From Schmidtea nova (Eukaryota): a DNA stretch of 64,000 bases. The position numbers were made by a program, and so were the translations under genes. This document shows positions 14,551 to 25,700 of the stretch, piece by piece (the first letter of the stretch is position 1; every line of letters starts with the position of its first letter). The stretch lies in NCBI GenBank assembly GCA_044892505.1, contig CM097882.1:561968001-562032000 (forward strand), in the 5' to 3' direction. The notes beneath the pieces were generated by a model. The model was not told the DNA's origin. It ran no database searches and saw nothing but the letters and a program-made list of their open reading frames with translations.

Positions 14551-14636
14551 TTTATATATCAAAGTTATTACACACACATAACCTTTGACCAATAAAAATT
14601 GAGTAAGGGGTAGGAAATTTATTCTTATTAGCCAAT
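14551..14636 (-). promoter_or_regulatory. Mirror copy of the polB promoter in the left arm
   Basis: Reverse complement of 17633-17718. Confidence 0.6.
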
Positions 14637-15039
14637 CAGAATCGAGTAAGAGGCAGTAAAGGTATTATTATCATCAAATAGAGAAATGATAGAGAATTAT
14701 GACTAATCATATATTACGTTGCAGTATTTTAAAAAAACTAGAAAAGTTATTTCAACAAATTATAATACACATCAAAGTTATAAAATATTTCAATGAATTG
14801 CATGCATGTCATATGATTAAAATATATTAGACTAAATATTTCAGAAAATTACGTCTAAATTATATTACATTTCAATAATTACGTCAGTTATAAAAAATAT
14901 TTTAATTAATTTTGATAAAATACATTAGAATTGTCAATAACACACACAAAACCTTTATAATTTTCATTAGTATAGAAAATTAAATTATATCTACACATGA
15001 TTACAATAAATATTCGATAAATCTATGCTAAATAGTATT

Positions 15040-15718
15040 ACAAAACACGTGTGCATCACAAACATATCAATATACTTAATTTTGAATCAAGCCATTTTAT
15101 AGATATTTAAATTTTATTTATATGTAATTACAATGAAAACTCACTAAAGTTATTTTAAATAACTAAAACTTACAAAATTAATTACAAAACACGTGTGTAA
15201 CACGAAAAACGACAACATTTACATTTTGAATCAAGCCATTTTATAGGAAATTAAATTTTATATATACTTTATTACAATGAAAAGTCAATAAATTTATTTT
15301 ATATACATGAAAAACGCAAAATTAATTACAAAACACGTGTGTAACACCAAAAACGTCAACTTTTAGATTTTGAATCAAGCCATTTTATAGCAATTTAAAT
15401 TTTATCTATACTTTATTACAATGAAAAGTCAATAAATTTATTTTATATACACGAAAAATGCAAAATTAATTACAAAACACGTGTGTAATACAAACACACT
15501 AACAAAATAATTTTCTAATCAAGCCATTTTATAGGAAATTAAATTTTACTTATACTTTATTACAATGAAAACTCAATAAATTTATTTTATATACACAAAA
15601 AATGCAAAATTAATTACAAAACACGTGTGTATTACAAAATACGACATCTTTCAGATTTCTAATAAAGCCATTTTGTAGACATTTAAATTTTATACATATA
15701 ATATTACAATGAAAACTC
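15040..15718. repeat. 144-bp tandem repeat array, left (about 5 units)
   Basis: CACGTG at 15046, 15190, 15334, 15478, 15622; GCCATTTT at 15091, 15235, 15379, 15523, 15667. Confidence 0.95.
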
Positions 15719-16140
15719 TGCCGCCCCCCATGTGTGAACTCATATATTTTTTTATTAAATTTAAAATAAAATTTCATATTTAAAAAAAAATTAAAACAAA
15801 AAAGTCATATGATTAAAACAAATAGTCCATTTAATTTAAACAAAAATTCACTTAATTTAAACAAAATTCACTTAATTTAAACAAAAAATTCACTCAATTT
15901 AAACAAATATATGAAATTACGTAATTATATATAAAATTACATAATTATCGGGCTTTATTAAGCACACTTGATTATGTAATGGTTACGTAATCATGTGTGC
16001 TACATAAATACCCGAGCGATTACGTAATATACACACATGGGGGTAGTGGTTCAGTGCGCTCATAGCCTCCTACTACAAGACTTTAAACGCCTTTTTCGAG
16101 TCAATAAACCGGCCGATCGATTTTTTAGTGAAACAATAGA
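15719..16140. other. Unique central segment with nested inverted and direct repeats (candidate origin, hairpin end or resolution site)
   Basis: CCCCCATGTGTG (15725-15736) / CACACATGGGGG (16032-16043); 18-bp stem 15962-15979/15983-16000 with 2 mismatches and a 3-nt loop; about 3.7 copies of a 20-22-bp repeat at 15831-15910. Function is inferred. Confidence 0.6.
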
Positions 16141-17230
16141 TAGACAGAATTTTATTGTCTACAAAATGGCTGAATTAAAAATTCAAAATGTTGTGTATAT
16201 TGTTGTGCACACGTGTTTTGTCATTAAATTTGTATATTTCACCTAAATAAAATAACTTTTTTGAGTTTTCATTCAAATATTATATAGATAAAATTTAATT
16301 GTCTACAAAATGGCTTTATTAGAATTCTGAAATTTGTCGTATTTTGTGATGCACACGTGTTTTATTTTGAATTTTCAAATTTTTAACAATATAAAGTAAC
16401 TTTATGTATTTTTCATTGTAATAAAGTATAAGTAAAATTTAATTTCCTATAAAATGGCTTGATAAGAAAATTAGTTTGTTGGTGTGTTTGTAATGCACTC
16501 GTGTTTTGTAATTAATTTTACATTTTTCATGTATATAAAATAACTTTTTTGAGTTTTCCTTGTAATATTATATGTATAAAATTTAAATGTCTACAAAATG
16601 GCTTTATTAGAAATCTGAAAGATGTCGTATTTTGTAATACACACGTGTTTTGTAATTAATTTTGCATTTTTTGTGTATATAAAATAAATTTATTGAGTTT
16701 TCATTGTAATAAAGTATAAGTAAAATTTAATTTCCTATAAAATGGCTTGATTAGAAAATTATTTTGTTAGTGTGTTTGTATTACACACGTGTTTTGTAAT
16801 TAATTTTGCATTTTTCGTGTATATAAAATAAATTTATTGACTTTTCATTGTAATAAAGTATAGATAAAATTTAAATTGCTATAAAATGGCTTGATTCAAA
16901 ATCTAAAAGTTGACGTTTTTGGTGTTACACACGTGTTTTGTAATTAATTTTGCGTTTTTCATGTATATAAAATAAATTTATTGACTTTTCATTGTAATAA
17001 AGTATATATAAAATTTAATTTCCTATAAAATGGCTTGATTCAAAATGTAAATGTTGTCGTTTTTCGTGTTACACACGTGTTTTGTAATTAATTTTGTAAG
17101 TTTTAGTTATTTAAAATAACTTTAGTGAGTTTTCATTGTAATTACATATAAATAAAATTTAAATATCTATAAAATGGCTTGATTCAAAATTAAGTATATT
17201 GATATTTTTGTGATGCACACGTGTTTTGTA
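16140..17230. repeat. 144-bp tandem repeat array, right (about 8 units, inverted relative to left)
   Basis: CACGTG at 16210, 16354, (16498 CTCGTG), 16642, 16786, 16930, 17074, 17218. Confidence 0.95.
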
Positions 17231-17632
17231 ATACTATTTAGCATAGATTTATCGAATATTTATTGTAATCATGTGTAGATATAATTTAATTTTCTATACT
17301 AATGAAAATTATAAAGGTTTTGTGTGTGTTATTGACAATTCTAATGTATTTTATCAAAATTAATTAAAATATTTTTTATAACTGACGTAATTATTGAAAT
17401 GTAATATAATTTAGACGTAATTTTCTGAAATATTTAGTCTAATATATTTTAATCATATGACATGCATGCAATTCATTGAAATATTTTATAACTTTGATGT
17501 GTATTATAATTTGTTGAAATAACTTTTCTAGTTTTTTTAAAATACTGCAACGTAATATATGATTAGTCATAATTCTCTATCATTTCTCTATTTGATGATA
17601 ATAATACCTTTACTGCCTCTTACTCGATTCTG

Positions 17633-17718
17633 ATTGGCTAATAAGAATAAATTTCCTACCCCTTACTCAATTTTTATTGGTCAAAGGTTATGTGTGTGTA
17701 ATAACTTTGATATATAAA
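17633..17718 (+). promoter_or_regulatory. Candidate Pol II promoter of right polB (two reversed CCAAT boxes plus TATA)
   Basis: ATTGG at 17633-17637 and 17676-17680, TATATAAA at 17711-17718, predicted ATG at 17768. Confidence 0.6.
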
Positions 17719-17767
17719 CAATCCTTTTTCATTCATTATTCACTTTAACAAATAATAAACATTAAAA

Positions 17768-20700
17768 ATGAACATGATAACAAGTTTTATGAACGAAAAC
17801 CCAAGTGGGAAAGAAAACGGTAAATTTATTTTTTAATTTATTATCATTTAGTATTAATTTAGGTAATATCAATAATTCAATTGGGAAATCGATGTTAGAA
17901 AATGCGGAAGAAAATGGTATTTAATCATTAAATTAGTATATTATTTAATTTTTACTTTAGGTGATGTAAATATGACTGAACAAACTACCGTACAAGCTGA
18001 GATTGTTGATAATGAGAATATTATGAATAATGGAGTTATACCTGATGTGGTATTGAATGTTCAATGTAAGTATTGATTAATTTTAATTATATTTTGATAA
18101 TTATTTTAATTAATTTAGTAAATAAATATAGTAAAATATTTGTAAATATATATTTTTGGTAATATTTTGTAATAATTTAAATAATCTTTACTTTACGTAA
18201 ACAGTTAATTTAAACAAATTCCTTTAATATTATTTTGTAATAATTTTTATATTAAATTTAAATTATTTTAGTAATTATTATATTTAAATCATATTTATCT
18301 TAAGTTTCATATTTATTTTCTAATAATTCATATTTTTTATTAATTTATTTTAATGATATTTTGATAAATTTAAAGATATTTCATATTAAGGTAAATTTTA
18401 TGCGAATTATTGTAAGTCATCAAATCATAACGACTGCCACAAGTTAATGGAGCGATACTATCGTCTTATAAATAATCAAGTCACCTTCTATTTATGTCCC
18501 ACATGTAAGAGCGCCCAACATATAAATTACATTGATTTTTATTTCCAACATTATCTCCATTTAGATCAATTCTCATGCACTAAGAAAAGTCTTTTCGCAT
18601 TAATTAATAAAAGTAAACGACGAAATGTTATTGTTTGTCCTAAACCGGCTAAAATAAATGTAATATCTGATGATGAAGATGTCCATTCATCAAATGACGA
18701 TGTTTTAGTTATTCCTAATTTGCATGTTGTCCAATATGGCGGTTCTGTTGAATCTTTGGTTAAATATAATTTGAAAAAATCCCATGCCATTGTTAAAATG
18801 GATGTGGATTCTTTAAATTTAAATAAATTAATTATTCCTTCACCTTTATTAAATAAATTTAATTCAGTTATTTCCAAAATGGGGTATGTAAAAGTTCAAT
18901 TCTGCATTGATGTAGAATTTGAAAAGAATAAGCAATTTCAATCTTTTATAATATCAAATTCTGCAAAACCAATGAGTGATACCTTTTTAGATGAAGGTAT
19001 TGCTCTATTAAGTGAAAAAATGACTAAAGTCTGCGAAAATGGCAGCAATTGGTCAATAAATAAAATTAAAGAAATAAGCTTTAAACTTACAAAATATTCC
19101 CAAATAAGTAGATTGAGCGGTAAAGGTTCTTGTTCAACTCCACCATCATTAAATGCAAAACATTGCACTGTCAATGTAAAGAATACAGATAACTTGTGTT
19201 TTATATATAGTATTTTGGCAATTTTAAAATACAAGGATGTGAAATCTAATAGAAGTAAGTCTTATAATTATAATCCCTTAGACCTTGTGTTTGATCCTTC
19301 TGATTTTCCAATGAAAGTATGTAATATCCCCAAATTTGAAGCGAAAAACCCTGGACTGGCTATAAATATCCTTTCATATGACGAGTATGATCTAAATAAT
19401 ATTAATGAGGAGGATGAAGTCATGAAACATCCATTTGTAGATATTATTCATAGGTCAAAGGTTGTAGGTGGCACTCCAATTAATTTGATTTTGTTAGAGG
19501 AAAGTGACTCTTTTCATTATATAGGAGTTACTAATATTAATAGACTTTTGAATTGTGACACACTTACTGTTACCAATGTTAGGATAAGATGCATTTGGTG
19601 CGAGCGTTGCTTGAATGGTTTTAGATTGACTGAAGTTTTTGAGAAACATCAGGCTTTATGCACAAAAAACCAGTTAGGTACAACTTTGTATACTTTGCCT
19701 TCGGATAAGAACTTGGAATTTAAAGATTGGTCAAAGATTGTTACCCCTCCTTTTGTTGTATATGCCGATTTTGAGGCTGTTTTACCGAAGGACGATAAGT
19801 ATTTTCAACGTCACTTGCCTATTTCTGCTGGCTTGTTGCTTATTAATAACTTTACTGGCGAAAAATCGTATAAAAGCTTTTATGGTCTTAACTGTGTAGA
19901 AGAGTTTTTGACCGAAATCAATGATATAGGAGAAAAACTAGTTTTACCTTACTTTATAAATAATTCCAAAAAGAAAATGGAATATCTTTCCCCTGCACAA
20001 ATAAGATCATTTCGTAGTTCTATAATTTGTTATTTGTGTAATAAACCTTTGAAAAATCCGGTTAAAGATCATGACCATTATACAGGTAAATACTTGGGTG
20101 CGGCTTGCGCTAAATGTAATTTTTCTCGGCAAATAAGATTCATCATGCCAGTAATATTTCATAATTTACGCGGATATGATTTGCATCATATCCTCAAGTA
20201 TGGTTTAAATAAATTCGATAAATGGGATATAAGTTGTATTCCTACTACAAGTGAAAAGTTTTTGACTTTATATGCAAGAGTCGATAGTTTAACTATTAAA
20301 TTTATCGATTCTTGCCAATTTGTAAGCTGTAGCTTAAACGATGCTGTAAAGACTTTAACAGATTTTCCTCTTACTTCATCCGAATTTATAGGGACTATTA
20401 TTACATCCAAAGGCATATTCCCATATAATTTTGCAACTTCTTTAGAGGTTTTACAAAATACATACGAGTTCCCACCGATTTGGGAAGGAGTTAAAATCGA
20501 CGAGTATGAAAAAGCTCAACAAATATGGGATGAATTTAATTGTGAAACATTGTTTGATTATATGATGTTATACCTGAAATTGGATGTTTTCTTACTTGCC
20601 GACTTTTTTCAGCAATTTAGGGCAAAATCCATTGCACATAACCGACTTGAGCCTCTTAATTTCTTGGGAATTCCAGGCATGTCATGGAATTCAGCTTTGA

Positions 20701-22145
20701 TGACTTTGAAATCTCCTATCGAGTTGCTTCAAGATATGGAGATGTATAATTTTTTCGAAGGGGGGATCCGTGGTGGGTTAACATTTGTTAACAAACACCA
20801 TGTAGTATCCTCCGACGACACTGAGCTTCTTTATATAGATATAAATAATTTATATGGGTGGGCCTTAAGCCAAAAACTACCTTATAAAGAATTTAAATGG
20901 GTAACTGATAGGGAAAAATTAAATAAAATTATTTATTACTGTGAATCTGCTGATTTAGAAGTATTAACATTTGGATTTACATTAGAAGTCTATTTAGAAA
21001 TTCCTGATTCGATTCACGACAAGCTGGATGATTTGCCAGTTGCCGCTGAAAAGATGTGTCCACCTGGCTCAAAGGTTGAGAAGTTGATGCTTACGCATTA
21101 TCCCAAGAAGAACTATGTTCTTCATTGGAGACTTCTCAAACTTTTTCTTTCTCTTGGAGTAAAAATAACTCATGTCCATAGGGCAATTAAATTTAAACAA
21201 GCATGCATTTTTAAGGATTATATCGATACCAATACCAGACTTAGAGCAGAATCAAGTAATGCTCTGGGTAAAAATTATTTTAAATTATTAAATAATAGTC
21301 TCTACGGTAAAACCGTAGAGAATCTTAAAAAGCGCATAAATTTAAGATTATGTAATTCGGCTTCTAGGCTGATTACATATACTTCTAAGCCAACTTTTAA
21401 AAGGACTTTCGAAATTGACGATGATTTGGTTGCCGTCTTGCTGAATCAGGAATCGGTGTGTTTGGATAGACCCAGCTACATTGGTCAAACTGTACTGGAT
21501 CTATCTAAACTTAGAATGTACCAGCTGCAGTATGAAGAGTTACAAAAATATCGTAACGAATTCAACTGCGAAATTAACATCGTAGCTGGTGACACCGATT
21601 CGTTTTTTCTTGAGATTAGAAATTGTAAGCTTGATATTCTTTTACCGGCCATGATAAGAGATAACTTACTTGACACTTCTAATTATGATCCGAATCACCC
21701 ATTATATAGTAGGAACCTTGATTCTGTCATTGGCAAGTTCAAAGACGAGAATAAAGGGCTTAAATACGAGGAGTGGGTGTTTCTTAGACCTAAATGTTAT
21801 AGTCTTTTAGGTGACGAGGAAACTAATAAAGCTAAAGGGGCAACATTAGCGGGTACTGACATAAAGCATCAGTCGTACCTGGACTGTTTTAATAATAACC
21901 AAATATTTTCTGTTCCTCAAATCAGAATCACAAGTAAAAATCACCAACTTTTTACTATTAAAAATGAAAAGACTGCACTGACAAACGCAGATGATAAAAG
22001 GAAATGGGTTGCGAAAAATAAAAGCTTGGCATATGGCCATTTTATGGGAGGTGACTTGGTTATATTTCAACATACCGAACCCAGAATCAATCCAGATCAA
22101 CAATTCCAAGGTCAAACTGAAGAAGAAACAGTTTTATTTAAATAA
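17768..22145 (+). CDS. polB: Protein-primed family-B DNA polymerase, right copy; predicted exons 17768-17819, 17863-17916, 17961-18065, 18391-22145 (1321 aa)
   Basis: Same motifs in an uninterrupted 1232-aa ORF; three phase-1 GT-AG introns (43, 44, 325 nt) join upstream exons in frame (52+54+105+3755 = 3966 nt); AATAAA at 22141-22146 overlaps the stop. Polymerase identity is more certain than the 5' exon model. Confidence 0.93.
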
Positions 22146-22681
22146 AATTTTGTTGAAAAACTTTGTTTTTTCATTTATTTAGTTATATATTGTACAGATT
22201 GGTTTCAGTCTGTTTTTTAATTTGGGTAATAGTTTTTAGAAACTGTGGTTATGTCATAGAAATAATAGTAATATTAATAATAATAATAGTTTAATATTTA
22301 TCGTATTTGACTATGTAATTTTATGTTGTGTATAATCGTCTCATTTTGTTATATGTTTATATTATTTTTATGAATGTTTTCATTGAACGTTTATCATTGA
22401 AGTGGTTCAAAAATTATAATAACAACAATAAATAATACTAACAAAAAAAAAGAACTAAATAAAAAAAAATATTAATAAATATAAGTTAAAAAAAAATAAA
22501 TATAAATAACTAATTAAAAAAAATTAATTAATAAAAAAAAAATAATTAAAAAAAAAAATTTAATAATAAAATAAAAATAATAATAAAAAATTCCATACAT
22601 TTAAACAAATCAAACTTTAAAAATGGCGCCAAAAAACGCGCGATAACTGATACGGATCCAGACCGGACACATCTACCTACT

Positions 22682-22687
22682 CTAATG
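22682..22687 (+). repeat. Right 6-bp target-site duplication CTAATG
   Basis: Abuts the ACT terminus; identical to 9582-9587. Confidence 0.9.
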
Positions 22688-24288
22688 ACGTATACTAATG
22701 AAAATTTACAAAAATAAAATTCTTTGACAAGGAGGATATAAATACGTTTTCCATGATGTTGAATCCCCAGACGGTGGTTAGCAGGCCAAGAGCTTATTCA
22801 GTAACTTTTTTGAAAAGCCTACCTTCATATTATATTCTATAGTGTTTGGTACTAGATACCTGCGCTCTTTCGAACAATAAAGTGCTGTGGGGCTCTCACA
22901 GCCCTAAAAAATCAATCTTTTCACAAACTACGCAAGACCTACCGTCGCCATAAACCCAAGGTTTGGTTATAAGTTACATAAAGTTTTATGCCATTCATAT
23001 GTCAATTCGAAATGAAAATTCAATTTAAACTGTAAAATAAATTTATTGTATGAATATAGAAAATATTATAATTTTTAATGGACTTAATGGAAAACTTAAT
23101 GGAAAACGAAATTCTCGAAATGGGACTATTTAGAATGAGAAATAAAATTAAGTCGTTGTAAGAATAAATGTATTGGAAAAGAAATTACGGCAGAAATTCT
23201 GGGATCGTCAACACCAGTCACGGACTAACAAATAAACAAAATTTTTTTGGCCCCAATTTTCATTGTGTTTATTTTTTATTACTTTACAATAATAACCAAT
23301 TCACTTATACTAAACAAACTTCTTGCAAAACTTACAAAGACTATGAACATTTTTTAAGCAAATTAAAATGCTTACAAAAATGCTTACTGCCAAAGACTAT
23401 TTAAATATAAAGACGTAAAAAATTTTGAAGTAAAAATTTCGTTGGAATTTTCTGAAATCATAAAATATAATTTTATCAAAAATTTTTGTGTGCAGTTGAC
23501 CTTGAAAACTTTTTCCGAAAGAAAATTTGATGAATTAATTAATTTTTATTTTTTATTACATAATTTTGCGGACTCTCGGTTAAGATTCACTGATTTAAAC
23601 TATACACGTATTAAACCTAAAATAAAAAATAAATCACAACTGAATATTCTCGTGAATGACAACTAGGGAAATTCCCAACATTCAACTGCTAATCAGTTAT
23701 TCAGAACCGGTAGGATACGCAAACCGGCACAATTGATCAATATTTCACAATTTATTACAAAACTACACCCGTTAATTGATATACAAATCCTATTCATGTG
23801 TAACATAGAAATAGAATCCCAAAAAATTAACTTTCTGATCGGCCAACAAAGCACCGGATAAATCCCAACAGACTAATGAAAAACAAAATTCAAATTAGTC
23901 CACTTTTCTAAATCTCTGTTCGAATATTAATTTAAAAAACGACTGTGGTTAATTTCTGGGGGTTTCGTTTAATTTTTGCGGTCTCATTTATCTATATGAC
24001 AAACTTTGAAAAGTTGCTGCAGCTAGAATGGGAATTATCCTCATGGACAATCGGCTGCATTGGTAATCATCCGACTGGGACTTGTTAATTGGAAATTGTT
24101 AGTTGCACAGTTGTTACAGGCCCTTAATTATTTACAATCACTTGTCTTAATGAAAATTATCTCTGAATTTTCAATTGTCTTCGTAATATACATATATAAC
24201 TAAAGATTTGAAATTAAATTATTTTATTTTGCTCATATTTGATCTCTTTTTTTCTATTTAAAATATTTTCATTTTCCTTTTCAATATA

Positions 24289-25370
24289 CAGTCATTGCCA
24301 AATATGGTTAACCACTATTTTAAAACATGAAAAATGTTAGTCCAGAAATGCATTTTTCTTTAAAACAAAAAGCACTTAAATGCTTGTTTAAGTGAACAGA
24401 CATAAAATGAGCAAGTTTATTACAAATATCAGAAGACAGGTATGTTGAACGGCATACTCTGGTCTTTTCTTGTAAATTTGTTACAGAGATTGACTTCGTT
24501 CCAGACACTTCATTTTAATATCTTCCACAAATTCTCATTGAAATCTGGTCTACTTAGTGGAAAACTGAGGACAGGCAGTGCATGTTCTCGAAGCCAGTTC
24601 TTAACCTTCTTGGTTGTATGAAAGAGATCACATTGAGGATGCTCCATATAAGAATGAATATGTTTCTGTATGAGGATGACGTATGTTTCTGCATTTATAT
24701 TCGATTTTTGCGGGAAATATAGAGTTTGTTGGGATCTTTGATACTAAAAAACCCCAAATCATTGTGCATAGTAGTTATTTCAAAGTGAGAAATGTTTACG
24801 GAAATCAAAATGTTGAGAGACTGGAGTTCTAACATGATACACATACATGCCAAAATGATGAAAACTGTTTTCATCTGACCATAGCACTTTTTTCCACAGT
24901 TTTGATCTTGTTGAATCATATTTTTGAAGAATTCTGATGACAGATGAATGAGATACACCAGGATGGTAGGCACTATATCTAGCACAATACCCTTCATGAT
25001 TAAGAAAACAATTCCTGGGCGAATACGTGGGCGAATAATTAAAAATGAGCAATATATAATCCTCTCAAATTCTTAGAAAATCAGGAACTATAAATAAATT
25101 TCCATAATCCTCATTGATGTGATACGTTAGGGCATTATATTTAATCAGATTCTACTAACAGTATATAATTCATAACATCTAGTTGTATTTAAATTGAAGC
25201 TTTATAACATTTTTCATATTGTAGATGGTGGTGCAATACTTTTGGTAGCAACCATAAATCAAAAAGTTTGTTTTTAATTGGTATATGAATTTTCAGGTCA
25301 GCTTTTTTCAAATGTGTATTTTGAGTAAAAATAAGTTTAAAAAAAGTTGCGCCAAGTATTTGGATGACAA
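24289..25370 (-). mobile_element. Decayed Tc1-like element
   Basis: VSHSSVIRILQK (HTH-like) and WKKVLWSDE (first D of DDE); TA-CAGTCATTGCC end at 24287; other end degenerate and approximate. Confidence 0.7.
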
Positions 25371-25665
25371 TTTAAAAAAAATTTGATCTACAGTCTTTTT
25401 ATAAAAAGATAAATGAAGATTCGAAAGTTTTAAAATTATTTCTATGATATATTGTTTGAATGGACTTAACGATATATTAACCTTTTATCTGTGTACAAGG
25501 GTGCAAATACACTACAAGTTAATAGAAAGGTAAATAAAAAATTGCAAAATCCCCAAAAGTTACAAAGTTTTCTTGAGAATGTTATCCATGATATGCTTCA
25601 AACATTCGAAAAATAAATTCTTTGAAATCGTCAAATTTGAATGCATTCCACTGCATGTATTCCAC

Positions 25666-25668
<3 letters not shown>

Positions 25669-25699
<31 letters not shown>
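25669..25699. repeat. (TA)n microsatellite
   Basis: Direct reading. Confidence 0.95.

Positions 25700-25700
<1 letters not shown>

Larger units (their letters stand above)
9588..22681. mobile_element. Palindromic, polymerase-only Polinton/Maverick-like element (13,094 bp)
   Basis: Arms 9588-15718 and 16551-22681 are reverse complements (mirror positions sum to 32269 at every position checked); termini AGTAGGTAG...CTACCTACT; direct repeat CTAATG at 9582-9587 and 22682-22687; one pPolB gene per arm. Confidence 0.92.

Noticed and set aside
16037-16246. 69-aa ORF in the central spacer
   Set aside because: Runs from unique sequence into a tandem-repeat unit; no coding features.
15040-17230. CRISPR-like array
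   Set aside because: Units are contiguous 144-bp repeats without unique spacers, in a eukaryotic context with no cas genes.
10124-22145. Integrated mitochondrial linear plasmid (organellar polB)
   Set aside because: The ORF reads in the standard code, has spliceosomal-type introns and Pol II promoter motifs, and the element has a Polinton-type TSD.
9588-22681. Palindrome as a pure fold-back or chimera assembly artefact
   Set aside because: Both ends stop exactly at Polinton-type termini with a matching 6-bp TSD and unique flanks, the centre is asymmetric and unique, and the arms differ at six or more sites. This rejection is provisional until long reads are checked.
9588-22681. Complete autonomous Polinton or adintovirus
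   Set aside because: No ORF or motif for integrase, packaging ATPase, protease or capsid, and no room for them outside polB, the AT-rich tracts and the repeats.
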